DNA of 64,000 nucleotides from an uncultured Eubacteriales bacterium. Lineage in GTDB: Bacteria > Bacillota > Clostridia > Christensenellales > CAG-917. Position numbers and translations under genes: made by a program. The notes under the pieces are model-generated. The model was given only the letters and a program-made list of their open reading frames with translations. It did not search any database and was not told the origin of the DNA. Position 1 is the first letter of the stretch, and each line of letters begins with the position of its first letter. The stretch is from positions 13,488 to 77,487 of the forward strand of contig URIZ01000002.1 in the NCBI GenBank assembly GCA_900548005.1, written 5' to 3'. Positions 52,879-61,855 of this stretch are shown piece after piece.

Positions 52879-53487
52879 ATGGTTAGACCCGAAGATCTGA
52901 TGACGTATGAAAATCAATTGCGCGAAAAAGGTTATCGCTACATTTGCGGCGTTGACGAAGTGGGGCGCGGTCCGCTTGCAGGACCTGTGACTTGCAGCGC
53001 GGTGATTATGGATCTTGACGATTTGATTGTCGGTGTGAACGACAGCAAAAAAGTGTCCAAAAACAAGCGTGAAAAGCTCTTTGACGTGATTTTGTCAAAG
53101 GCGGTTGCGGTGTCCACGGTGTCTTATCCGCCCGAAAAGATCGACGAGATGAACATTCTCAACGCAACAAAGGCGTGTATGAAGGACGCAATTATGTCCC
53201 TTGACGTCACGCCCGATATCGTCATCGTTGACGCGTTGGAGCTGGATATTCCGTACAAGACGTTCGGCATCGTGCACGGAGATGCATTGTCCTATTCGAT
53301 CGGCGCGGCTTCTATCGTTGCAAAGGTGACAAGGGACAGATACATGGAAGACATGGCAAAAGTCTATCCGCAATACGACTTCGATCACAACATGGGCTAC
53401 GGCACGGCAAAGCACATCGCGGCTCTCAAAGAGTTTGGCGCAACGCCCATACACAGAAAATCGTTTATAGGACACTTTGTCAAATGA
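52879..53487 (+). CDS. rnhB: ribonuclease HII
   Basis: GVDEVGRGPLAGPV and DSKK motifs. Confidence 0.9.
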   Translation: MVRPEDLMTYENQLREKGYRYICGVDEVGRGPLAGPVTCSAVIMDLDDLIVGVNDSKKVSKNKREKLFDVILSKAVAVSTVSYPPEKIDEMNILNATKACMKDAIMSLDVTPDIVIVDALELDIPYKTFGIVHGDALSYSIGAASIVAKVTRDRYMEDMAKVYPQYDFDHNMGYGTAKHIAALKEFGATPIHRKSFIGHFVK

Positions 53488-53969
53488 ATACGAAAAAAAT
53501 CGGTGAAGTCGGCGAGAGTCTTGCTCGCAACGTGTATGAAGAAAATGGGTATACCGTCCTTGAAACCAACGCAAAATACGCAGGGTGCGAGGCGGATCTG
53601 ATTTGCGAGTGCTACGTCGATGAAAACGGCAACGTGCAAAAGCGCAAAAAGAAAAGCTCGTTTGTGAAACTTTTTCACAAATTGCTTGGCATAGAGCCGC
53701 TTGAGAAGGGCGAACGCACGATAGTTTTTGTTGAAGTCAAGACGAGATCTTCATCGGATATGGGCGCGCCGCAAGAGGCGGTGACGCCGTACAAGGCGGG
53801 CAGATACGTGACGCTTGCAAAGGCGTATCTTGTCGAGCATCGCCTTCAAAACGTGAACGTGCGATTTGACATTTTCGCCGTTGACGACACGGGCTATGAG
53901 CTTATCCAAAACGCATTCACGGAGAATGACGCAAAGTACCCTAAAAACCGAGTGAGTTTCAGAAAATAA
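53484..53969 (+). CDS. yraN: YraN family (UPF0102) endonuclease-like protein with an internal ~35-aa insertion
   Basis: GEVGESLARNVYEENGYTVLETN...EADLI...IVFVEVKTRSS...EAVTPYK pattern. Overlaps the rnhB stop. The insertion is CYVDENGNVQKRKKKSSFVKLFHKLLGIEPLEKGERT. Confidence 0.75.
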   Translation: MNTKKIGEVGESLARNVYEENGYTVLETNAKYAGCEADLICECYVDENGNVQKRKKKSSFVKLFHKLLGIEPLEKGERTIVFVEVKTRSSSDMGAPQEAVTPYKAGRYVTLAKAYLVEHRLQNVNVRFDIFAVDDTGYELIQNAFTENDAKYPKNRVSFRK

Positions 53970-54041
53970 CGCTTATCCGCTCGATTTTGCGTCAGAAATG
54001 CAAAAAAATCATTAAAAAGTCAGATTTTATTGTTTATTCGC

Positions 54042-54070
54042 TTGTTAATAAACTTTATTTATGATAATAT
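54042..54070 (+). promoter_or_regulatory. sigma-A-type promoter for rplS with ~70-nt leader
   Basis: TTGTTA, 17-nt spacer, TAATAT. The leader 54077-54145 could be an L19 autoregulatory leader, but I could not verify a fold. Confidence 0.45.
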
Positions 54071-54145
54071 AACACGCGTGACTCGGATGTTCCGCTGGCA
54101 AGAGACGCTTGTGAAAGAACATTTGGAAAATACAGGAGGTCCAAT

Positions 54146-54484
54146 ATGAACATTATCGACACTATCGAAAGAGAAGGCATGAAACAAAACTTGCCTGCAA
54201 TCGCAATCGGTGACCAAGTTAAGGTCAACGTCAAGGTTGTTGAAGGTACGAGAGAACGTATCCAAACCTACGAAGGAACCGTCATCGCAAAGAAAAACGG
54301 CGGCATCCGCGAGACCATCGTCGTGCGTCGCGTGACGTTTGGCGTCGGCGTTGAAAGAACGTTCCCCATCCATTCACCGAAGATCGACAGCATTCAAGTT
54401 GTGCGTCACGGCAAAGTGCGCCGCGCTAAACTCTATTACTTGAAGAACAGAACCGGTAAGGCTGCAAAACTCAAAGAAGTCTAA
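54146..54484 (+). CDS. rplS: 50S ribosomal protein L19
   Basis: [10 protein letters not shown]...[32 protein letters not shown] is canonical L19. Confidence 0.93.
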   Translation: MNIIDTIEREGMKQNLPAIAIGDQVKVNVKVVEGTRERIQTYEGTVIAKKNGGIRETIVVRRVTFGVGVERTFPIHSPKIDSIQVVRHGKVRRAKLYYLKNRTGKAAKLKEV

Positions 54485-54506
54485 TACCGTTTTCGGAGAG
54501 AATTTT

Positions 54507-56654
54507 ATGAAAAAAAGAATTGTTTTCATAAGTGCAATTGTGCTAGTCTGTGTGCTAGCACTTTTCGCATTTACCGCTTGCAACACGGCAAGCAGTGAAG
54601 TTGGCGAAGAACTTGTCAAAAACGGCGATTTTTCTTCATTCAACACCACCACCAAGAAGTTCGACGGTTGGACAACGTCTTCATCGAGCGTGATTTTTTA
54701 TCGTTCGCTCGTGTCGGACGACGAGACCAACAACTACGCATTGTCAATCGACAACACGTCTGCAGGTTACAACTATTTGCAACAGTCCATCAAAGTGGAC
54801 AACGGCAAGATCTACAAGGTCAGCGTTGAGTTCAAGATCGAAAGCGACCTTTCCAACAAGACCGGCGCATACGTGACTTTCCTTGAAAACGTCGATTACA
54901 AATTCGTGTCGCACTCAACCAAGACCAACGGTTTTGTCACCAGCACGTTCTACGTTCGTCCCAAGAACACCGACTATCTCACGCTCGCGCTCTGCATCGG
55001 CTCAAAAGACAATGCTTGCAAGGGCAAAGTGTACTTTGACAACGTGTCCGTTCAACGCGTAGAAAAAGTGGCGGAAGGTTATTCCGTTGTCAACTTCAAG
55101 AAAGCCAAGACCGTCATGACCAATGCGGACGCAAACGGCATTTGCTTTATCGTGCTTATGACTCTGTTCGGAGTGGTGGCACTTTGCGGCGCATACATCC
55201 TTGTAAGACGCGTGTACGCAAGAAAAGACGCTTTTGTCGATTTCGGCGCAAGCGTTGCATACGAAAAGAAAGCACCCAAGGCGCAATCCAAGTGGTACAA
55301 CAACAATTGGTTTATCGCATCGATGATTATGATCGGCGCTGCGCTTTTGAGACTTATCTTCTTGCTCACCATGTACGGCATGGGCGGTGAAATGACCGGC
55401 ACTATCAAAGTGGCAAAAGAGTATCTCGGCGTCAACAACGGCGTGTTCAACTTCTTTGAGAAGATGTCCGCGCTCAACACCACAAGCACCTATTCGCCGG
55501 GCGCGCTCTACATCCTTGCCGTTCTCGGTTTCACAACCAAGGGGCTTGACGCAATGTCAACTTCAATCGTGTTCCGTCTTATCAACTTGATTGCGGACGT
55601 TGCGGTTGTTGGCATGATCTATTTCTACGGTCAAAAACGCGTGGGCAACAAAATTGCGACAATTTACGCTTGTTTGTACGCACTTCTTCCGCTCTCGCTT
55701 GTCATGAGCGGCATCAACGGCACGTTTGAGTGCTTGCTCATCGCGCTTGTGATCGCATCTCTCATCCTTATGATAGAGAAGAAGTATCTTGCAACCTACT
55801 TTGTCATGACGCTTGCAGCAGTGCTCGACATCCGCGCTCTCGCTGTTGCGCCCATCATCGTCGCATACTTTGTGTATATGTACATCAAGGACGACGAAAA
55901 CGCAAAGAAATTTACGTCCAACCGCGCAAAGATCGTCTTTGGTCTTGTTGCGTCATTCGTGCTTGCATACTTGCTCACGATCCCTTGCTCTATCCACCAA
56001 ATCCAAGGCGGCGACGCTTTCTTCGGATTCAAAGTCATGGTGCAAGAGATGACCAACACCAAGTTCTTTGTCAAGGATGCGTTCAACCTTTACGGTATGG
56101 TCGCAATGAATGGCAAGACTTCGCAACAAAGCGTCAACATTCTCAACCTTATCTTCATCCTTGTGCTTGAAGCATACGTCATCTCGCTGTACTTCAAGAA
56201 CCGCAACAAACAAGAGCTTCTCCTTCTTGCGTCCTTCACGCTGGCAGTGATTGCAGTGTTCACAATCAAAGTGACCTACACCTACTTGTTCTTGTCCTTG
56301 GCTCTTGCGCTCATCTACACGATGATCAGCGGCGACAGAAGAATGTACTTTGTCACAAGCGGCATCGCAACGCTCGGATTTATCAACTTCGCGCAACTTA
56401 TGAACCAAAGCGGTTTTGTCAAGAGCGGCGTCATCAACAGCTCTCTCACGAGCTTTGAAACAACCGGTCCGTTCTACATCGTGTTCAGCGTGCTCGCAGT
56501 GCTCCTTGTCGGCTACTACGCATACGTGACCTACTCGATCACCAACAACACCAAGATCGTTGACATCAAGGCTATGCCCGATTCTCTTGCAACCACCATC
56601 AAATTCGGCATCAAGAATTTGAAAGCAAAGTTTGCAAAGAACGACGAAGAGTAA
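54507..56654 (+). CDS. membrane protein: lipoprotein-like signal, extracytoplasmic CBM4/9-like beta-sandwich, then multi-pass GT-C-like (ArnT/PMT-type) domain
   Basis: Leader MKKRIVFISAIVLVCVLALFAFTAC. A ~170-aa beta-rich module (NGDFS...GW...YKVSVEFKIE...VYFDNVSVQRV). Then about 12 hydrophobic helices resembling glycosyltransferase family 39/83 proteins. Assignment is tentative. Confidence 0.55.
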   Translation: MKKRIVFISAIVLVCVLALFAFTACNTASSEVGEELVKNGDFSSFNTTTKKFDGWTTSSSSVIFYRSLVSDDETNNYALSIDNTSAGYNYLQQSIKVDNGKIYKVSVEFKIESDLSNKTGAYVTFLENVDYKFVSHSTKTNGFVTSTFYVRPKNTDYLTLALCIGSKDNACKGKVYFDNVSVQRVEKVAEGYSVVNFKKAKTVMTNADANGICFIVLMTLFGVVALCGAYILVRRVYARKDAFVDFGASVAYEKKAPKAQSKWYNNNWFIASMIMIGAALLRLIFLLTMYGMGGEMTGTIKVAKEYLGVNNGVFNFFEKMSALNTTSTYSPGALYILAVLGFTTKGLDAMSTSIVFRLINLIADVAVVGMIYFYGQKRVGNKIATIYACLYALLPLSLVMSGINGTFECLLIALVIASLILMIEKKYLATYFVMTLAAVLDIRALAVAPIIVAYFVYMYIKDDENAKKFTSNRAKIVFGLVASFVLAYLLTIPCSIHQIQGGDAFFGFKVMVQEMTNTKFFVKDAFNLYGMVAMNGKTSQQSVNILNLIFILVLEAYVISLYFKNRNKQELLLLASFTLAVIAVFTIKVTYTYLFLSLALALIYTMISGDRRMYFVTSGIATLGFINFAQLMNQSGFVKSGVINSSLTSFETTGPFYIVFSVLAVLLVGYYAYVTYSITNNTKIVDIKAMPDSLATTIKFGIKNLKAKFAKNDEE

Positions 56655-56684
56655 TACTAGACTAAAAATCATCGCGTATTTACG

Positions 56685-56715
56685 AAATGCCCGCAATTTT
56701 GCGGGCATTTCTTTT
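56685..56715 (+). terminator. terminator after the CBM/GT-C gene
   Basis: AAATGCCCGC-AATTTT-GCGGGCATTT followed by CTTTT. Nested inside a longer inverted repeat TAGACTAAAAATCA / TGATTTTTAGTCT. Confidence 0.75.
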
Positions 56716-56732
56716 GTTCGCTTGATTTTTAG

Positions 56733-56820
56733 TCTGCTAACCGCGCAGAAAATCTCAGTTATCATATCATACATGGTTAAAAGTTCCAACCGCAATTTCA
56801 CGAGATTGTCTGCTTGGTGG
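56733..56820. repeat. dispersed repeat, Q module (copy 3)
   Basis: TCTGCTAACCGCGCAGAAAATC ... CCGCAATTTCACGAGATTGTCTGCTTGGTGG, the same ends and spacing as 26308-26394 and the 46.4/46.6-kb copies. The interior is more diverged. Confidence 0.75.
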
Positions 56821-56901
56821 ATGCGCCGTTGGCGCAAGCGGATATTTTTCATTTCGTTTGTAGCATGTAGCGATAATAAAAAGCACTCTTTCGAGTGCTT
56901 T

Positions 56902-57147
56902 TCAATCCAAATCTATGTTGTTTGCGTCAAACGACGGGGAATTGAGAAACTCGCTCACCGATACTCCCAAACCGTTTGCAAGCATAATCACGGTTTTCAA
57001 AGTAATGTTTTTGGTGCGTCGTTGCATAATGCTTTTTATCGTCGCAAAAGGAATTCCGCTCAATATTGCAAGTCGGTATTGAGTGATATTTTTCTCTTCA
57101 AGATATTGACATAGCCTGTCAACTACGACGTCGTTCAATGTTTTCAT
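56902..57147 (-). CDS. XRE family helix-turn-helix transcriptional regulator
   Basis: 81 aa. ITQYRLAILSGIPFATIKSIMQRR...TLKTVIMLANGLGVSVSEFL is a typical Cro/C1 HTH. Confidence 0.85.
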   Translation of the reverse strand: MKTLNDVVVDRLCQYLEEKNITQYRLAILSGIPFATIKSIMQRRTKNITLKTVIMLANGLGVSVSEFLNSPSFDANNIDLD

Positions 57148-57179
57148 AACTCTATTTTATAGTACTTCGCAAAAAATAT

Positions 57180-57231
57180 AGGATGATACATCATTCTTTT
57201 GGTTGACGTATCATCCTAAAATTAGTATAAT
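57180..57231 (+). promoter_or_regulatory. 10-bp perfect inverted repeat overlapping a consensus-like promoter (candidate XRE operator)
   Basis: AGGATGATAC (57180-57189) and GTATCATCCT (57208-57217). TTGACG 57203-57208, 17-nt spacer, TATAAT 57226-57231, directed at the 57299 gene. Confidence 0.6.
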
Positions 57232-57298
57232 AATGTTATAAAATCAATTTTTCTATGCAATTATGAACTACAAAACGATAATGCATATTTGAGTGTAT

Positions 57299-57712
57299 AT
57301 GAAAGCGATTGAAAATAAAAATTATAGCAAGTATGAAAACATACGTGAGATATTATCTTATGCGCTGGTTATTGTTTTAACAGTGCCTATTATTATAATT
57401 GCTATAATATATACTCCTAAAGTTAATTCATATACTTATCGTAAAATTGATTATGGGATGGATATGAGTGAAGTGATTGACATTTTGGGAAAAAAATATG
57501 AGCTTGTAGAATCTTTTACTTTTTTAGATAATAATTGCGTTGTCCTTAGATGGATAAATTTAGTAGAAACGAAATATATAGCAGTTTCTTTTGTTAACGA
57601 CAAAGTTGTTGCAAAAGCAAAAGGCAGTTTGAAGAACAAAAGCACTCGTGAGAGTGCTTTTGTTGCTTTTTTTTGTAATTTTCAATATTTTTTCACAGCG
57701 GAATTTTTGTAG
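57299..57712 (+). CDS. small membrane-anchored hypothetical protein (BamE/DUF3862-like fold suspected)
   Basis: N-terminal TM YALVIVLTVPIIIIAIIY, then GMDMSEVIDILGKKYELVES...LRWIN...YIAVSFVNDKVV. AT-rich codon usage. The last ~25 codons run through a terminator hairpin and into the 3' end of folA, so the true C-terminus is doubtful. Confidence 0.5.
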   Translation: MKAIENKNYSKYENIREILSYALVIVLTVPIIIIAIIYTPKVNSYTYRKIDYGMDMSEVIDILGKKYELVESFTFLDNNCVVLRWINLVETKYIAVSFVNDKVVAKAKGSLKNKSTRESAFVAFFCNFQYFFTAEFL

Positions 57713-58194
57713 GTGCAAAAGCGGATGGTGTAGCCGTTGTCGTCTATGGGATCGCTTTGCTCTGTGCAATGCCAGTTGGCAAGTTGGTCGAGATTGTCGT
57801 GGAAGACTTCCGCGCCGCCGTCCGCGTCCACTTTTGTGACGTATGCCGTTTCGCAGTAGGGCAGGAGCGTGTGATACATCATTGCGCCGCCCACAACGTA
57901 GACGTTGTCTTGGTCGTATTGCTTGATTGCGGCAAACAGCTCGTCAAGAGAGCGCACAAGGATATAACCCTTTGTGGTGGCGTCTTCGTCCGTGCCGTTT
58001 GGGTTGAGCACGATGTTTACGCGGTTTTTGAGTGGCATGCCGCCCGGGAAAGACAAAAGGGTGTTGCTGCCCATAACCACGACTTTGCCGCGCGTATGTT
58101 CGACAAAATGGCGCATATCGGCTTTGAGATTGAACAGCAAGTCGTTTTTCTTGCCCAATCCCCATTTGTTGTCAACTGCAAATATTGTTTTCAT
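57682..58194 (-). CDS. folA: dihydrofolate reductase
   Basis: MKTIFAVDNKWGLGKKNDL...VVMGSNTLLSFP...VVGGAMMY. The start overlaps the thyA stop by 1 nt (TGATG). Confidence 0.9.
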   Translation of the reverse strand: MKTIFAVDNKWGLGKKNDLLFNLKADMRHFVEHTRGKVVVMGSNTLLSFPGGMPLKNRVNIVLNPNGTDEDATTKGYILVRSLDELFAAIKQYDQDNVYVVGGAMMYHTLLPYCETAYVTKVDADGGAEVFHDNLDQLANWHCTEQSDPIDDNGYTIRFCTYKNSAVKKY

Positions 58195-59024
58195 CAGATA
58201 GCCACTTCGATTTTTTTGTCGAGTTTTGTGTAGTTGTAGTCCACAAGCTCGAAGTCGTCCACGGTGAAGTCGTAGAAGTTTTTCACGTCCTTGTTCATTT
58301 TGAATGTTGGGGCGGGATATTGCGGATTTTTCAAAATCTCTTCCACGATAGGCACGTGTCTGTCATAGATGTGCGCGTCGCTTATCACGTGCACAAATTC
58401 GCCAACTTCCAGACCGCTCACTTGCGCGAACATGTGAAGAAGCACTGCATATTGCACCACGTTCCAGTTGTTTGCGGTGAGAGTGTCCTGACTGCGCTGA
58501 TTGAGAATGCCGTTGAGCTTGTTGCCCGTGACGTTGAAGGTCATGGAATAGGCGCAAGGGTAGAGATGCATCTCGTGCAAGTCTTGGAAGTTGTAGATGT
58601 TGGTGAGAATACGGCGGGAACTCGGATTGTTTTTCAAGTCGAAAAGAACCCTGTCCACTTGGTCGAATTCGCCTTCGGGGTATACGCTCTTGACGCCGAG
58701 CTGATAGCCGTACGCTTTGCCGATCGAGCCTGTTTCGTCCGCCCAACTGTCCCAGATGTGAGAGTTGAGATCGTGCACGTTGTTGCTCTTTTTTTGCCAA
58801 ATCCACAAAATCTCGTCTATTGCCGACTTGAAAGCGGTGCGGCGAAGGGTGATTATGGGAAATTCTTTTGACAAATCGTAGCGATTGACGATGCAAAACT
58901 TCTTTACGGTGTGCGCGGGAGTGCCGTCAAGCCAATGCGGACGGACGGGGAGATCTTGGTCGCTTATGCCGTTGTCGAGAATATCTCGGCAAGTGTTGAT
59001 GAAAATTTGGTCTGCTATGCTCAT
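58194..59024 (-). CDS. thyA: thymidylate synthase (ThyA)
   Basis: ThyA-length. Catalytic Cys context LYPCAYSMTFNV, RRILTNIYN, SQDTLTANNWNVVQYAVL. Confidence 0.9.
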   Translation of the reverse strand: MSIADQIFINTCRDILDNGISDQDLPVRPHWLDGTPAHTVKKFCIVNRYDLSKEFPIITLRRTAFKSAIDEILWIWQKKSNNVHDLNSHIWDSWADETGSIGKAYGYQLGVKSVYPEGEFDQVDRVLFDLKNNPSSRRILTNIYNFQDLHEMHLYPCAYSMTFNVTGNKLNGILNQRSQDTLTANNWNVVQYAVLLHMFAQVSGLEVGEFVHVISDAHIYDRHVPIVEEILKNPQYPAPTFKMNKDVKNFYDFTVDDFELVDYNYTKLDKKIEVAI

Positions 59025-59074
59025 TTGCGTTTTCTATTGTTTCATTCGGCTTGATCTGCCGAAAGTGATGTGTG

Positions 59075-60835
59075 TTAGTCTTTGATGACAAGTTGCGCGT
59101 TGATCTTTCGCATAAGGTCGATAGGCACTTTGATGACGCGTCTGTCGTAGGTGACAAGCCCGTTCATCTCTTGCTCGACGTCGCTGACTTCGGTGTATAC
59201 GGTTGCCGAAAGACCTTTGTCGATCTTTGGCACGATTGTCTTCATATACAGCCTTTCGATTGCTCTTGCAATCTTTTCGGGCTTTCTGTAAATGCGGTAT
59301 CCGAATTGATTGTCGGGGGAGTACATGTGACCTTCCGTCTTGATTGCGTATCCGCCGAATTCGCTCAAAATGTAGCATCTATCGTCATTTCTCGGCACGA
59401 ACAAGGGCTTGAAGTAGATGTGCAAGCTCTTTGTATCCGACGTGCCTTTGCCTTGATCGTTCCAGCCGCTGACCGAGTCGATAAGGCGAGTGGGGTCGAT
59501 CTTTTTCATCTCTTTTGTGATGCGCACGGAGTCGAATTGTCCCCAGCCTTCGTTGAAAGGCACCCAAACGGCGAGCGATACCACGTTTTTGAGATGGTTC
59601 ATCGTCACTTTAAGCTCTCTTTCAAACTCATCTCTGCCTTCCTTGTCGGCGCGAGCGAGCTTTTTGTAGCCTGCCTCGTTGTCGTCTTTGATGTGGTATT
59701 CAAACACTGTGGCGAGAAGTCCTATGTAGAAAAGATTGTATTTGCTGCCGCCGCTGACCATATCTTGCCACACGAGAATGCCTTCTTTGTCGCAATGGTA
59801 GTACCAACGCAAAGGCTCGATCTTGATATGCTTGCGAAGCATATTGAAGCCCATGGATTTGACCATCTTCACGTCCCATTCGAGAGCGGCGTTGGATGGC
59901 GGAGTGAGCATGCCGTCCGACCAATAACCTTGATCGAGAAGACCGGTGTGGAAGTAGGGTTTGTTGTTGAGCCCCATACGCTTGAAGCCCTTGGAGTCCG
60001 TCACCCAACTGAACTTGCGCATGCCGAAGTAGGAGCGGACGATGTCGTTGCCCACTTTGAAAGCCACGTCGTAGAGTTTTGGATTTTCGGGAGACCAAAG
60101 CTCGTAGTTTTCAAGTTTGACAGAAGCGGTATCACCTGCAAATTGACCTGCAAACAGTGTGTTTTCGCCATCGAGAATGATGACGTCGACGGGGACGTTT
60201 GCGGATTTTTCAAACTTGAAATTGATTGTATCGTCGTCGATATTCGGGACTATAGTGACGTCTTTGAGATAGACTTCGTCCATGCTTTCAAGCCACACGC
60301 TTTGCCAAATGCCCGATTGCGGAGTGTACCAAATGCCGCCCGGCTTGGACGATTGTTTTGCGTGGGTGTGATAGGAAGTGTCGCAAGGGTCTGTCACAAC
60401 AAGCTCTATGACGTTTTCGCCCGCTTTTGCGATGCCCGATACGTCAAATTCAAAGGGGACGTAGCCGCCGATATGCTCGCCGATTGACACGCCGTTGAGC
60501 TTGACGGAGCAGATCATATCTACAGCGTCAAAGTGTATCACCGTGTGCGCTTTCACAAAATCGGGCGCAAGATTGAACGAGCGGTGATAGTACAAAACGT
60601 CGTCAGGAGTCACTCTCGTGCCTTCGGGAAGCCCCGACAAAAGAGATTCGGGAGAGAAGGGGACGAGAATTTTGCCTTGATATTGTCCGTCAAAAGCCTC
60701 GCTCTTGCGAAGGATTGCATAATCCCATTCGCCGTTGAGCGTGACATAGCTGTTTCTTGCAAATTGCGGACGCGGATATTCGCTGAGCGGAATCGCGCCG
60801 ACTTCAAAAGGTGTGCGAAGTCTTACTGTTTTCAT
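59075..60835 (-). CDS. glycoside hydrolase family 2 protein (beta-galactosidase/beta-glucuronidase-like)
   Basis: GH2 sugar-binding N-domain, WSPENPKLY, TIM-barrel with acid/base VPFNEGWGQ. Confidence 0.82.
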   Translation of the reverse strand: MKTVRLRTPFEVGAIPLSEYPRPQFARNSYVTLNGEWDYAILRKSEAFDGQYQGKILVPFSPESLLSGLPEGTRVTPDDVLYYHRSFNLAPDFVKAHTVIHFDAVDMICSVKLNGVSIGEHIGGYVPFEFDVSGIAKAGENVIELVVTDPCDTSYHTHAKQSSKPGGIWYTPQSGIWQSVWLESMDEVYLKDVTIVPNIDDDTINFKFEKSANVPVDVIILDGENTLFAGQFAGDTASVKLENYELWSPENPKLYDVAFKVGNDIVRSYFGMRKFSWVTDSKGFKRMGLNNKPYFHTGLLDQGYWSDGMLTPPSNAALEWDVKMVKSMGFNMLRKHIKIEPLRWYYHCDKEGILVWQDMVSGGSKYNLFYIGLLATVFEYHIKDDNEAGYKKLARADKEGRDEFERELKVTMNHLKNVVSLAVWVPFNEGWGQFDSVRITKEMKKIDPTRLIDSVSGWNDQGKGTSDTKSLHIYFKPLFVPRNDDRCYILSEFGGYAIKTEGHMYSPDNQFGYRIYRKPEKIARAIERLYMKTIVPKIDKGLSATVYTEVSDVEQEMNGLVTYDRRVIKVPIDLMRKINAQLVIKD

Positions 60836-61043
60836 AGTCTACTCCTTTATAATTTATATAAGTATATCACAATAACCGACACTCCACAATACCAAAACGC
60901 AAAAAGTATTGTGAGATTTTCAAAATCGCAAGATATAATCCACTTTGTTTTTTTTTATTGAGAAAAATTCGTATGTTCGCAATATTTTTTGACTAAATTT
61001 GTCTTGCGTGCTATACTGAAAGCACAAAAAAGGAGACACGATT

Positions 61044-61601
61044 ATGCGAATTTACGTTGGCTCGGACTCTCACGGTTCAAGTCCCGATATAGACAAGTTT
61101 TTCTCGATTGTCGATGAGTATAGGCTCACTCATCCCGACACCAAAGCGGTGCTTTTGGGCGATATATACAATCATGGTCCGCGCAATCCGCTGCCCAACG
61201 GATACGCACCCATGAAAGTTGCCGAGCGACTCAACGCCGAAAAGGACTATATCACCGTCATACAAGGCAATTGTGACAGTGAAGTCGATCAAATGATAAG
61301 CGATTTTGAGATAAAACACGACTTTTTCATGCAATGGGGCGCACGAAGACTGTATTTCACGCACGGACACAAATGCAATCCCGATTTGCCGCTCAAAGAC
61401 GCAACAAAGGGCGACATCGTTTTCTACGGCCATTTTCACAGAGCCGCCGTTGAAGAAGTTGACGGCGTGATATACGTTTGCGTGGGCGCACTAGGCATGC
61501 CAAAGCCCGACACCGTCCGCTCCTATGCAATCGTTGACGAGCATGAAGTGACGATAAAAGCACTCGAAACAGGCGATATTATTTTCCGCTTCGACATCTG
61601 A
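61044..61601 (+). CDS. YfcE-like metallophosphoesterase (MJ0936 family phosphodiesterase)
   Basis: Metal-ligand motifs GSDSHG, GDIYNHGP, GNCD, THGH, GHFH. Confidence 0.82.
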   Translation: MRIYVGSDSHGSSPDIDKFFSIVDEYRLTHPDTKAVLLGDIYNHGPRNPLPNGYAPMKVAERLNAEKDYITVIQGNCDSEVDQMISDFEIKHDFFMQWGARRLYFTHGHKCNPDLPLKDATKGDIVFYGHFHRAAVEEVDGVIYVCVGALGMPKPDTVRSYAIVDEHEVTIKALETGDIIFRFDI

Positions 61602-61702
61602 TTTTTGCATGGTTCAAGCAAAATGCGGTGGTTGAAATTGCAATAATAGCCGAGTTTTGCCACCCCGGTCGCAATTTTGAAAAAAATCAATTAAGCAGAT
61701 TA

Positions 61703-61737
61703 GAACACCGAAAAAAACGCGGTGTTCTTTCTTTTTC
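61703..61737 (+). terminator. terminator after the phosphoesterase gene
   Basis: GAACACCG-AAAAAAACG-CGGTGTTC followed by a T-rich tract. Confidence 0.65.
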
Positions 61738-61801
61738 TCGTTACTGTTTTTTACAGAGTATTTTTAAAAAAAATTTACGATTGCGGTTTCCGTTTAGAAA
61801 C

Positions 61802-61829
61802 GAAAACCCCGAAAAAATTCGGGGTTTTC
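61802..61829 (-). terminator. terminator for pmbA
   Basis: GAAAACCCCGAA-AAAA-TTCGGGGTTTTC. Confidence 0.75.
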
Positions 61830-61855
61830 TGAAAGTGTTTTTTTGCAAATTCAAG

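Noticed and set aside
55953-56852. 299-aa minus-strand ORF running from the Q repeat into the CBM/GT-C gene
   Set aside because: It is antisense to a coherent membrane-protein CDS. Its N-terminal part is a translation of the repeat element (..IHQADNLVKLRLELL..), just as the other repeat copies give spurious ORFs (46275-46538, 46415-46804, 26331-26591).
59072-60487. 471-aa plus-strand ORF, and the 228-aa ORF 58185-58871
   Set aside because: They are antisense to the GH2 hydrolase and thyA genes respectively, with Val/His/Phe-rich shadow-frame composition.
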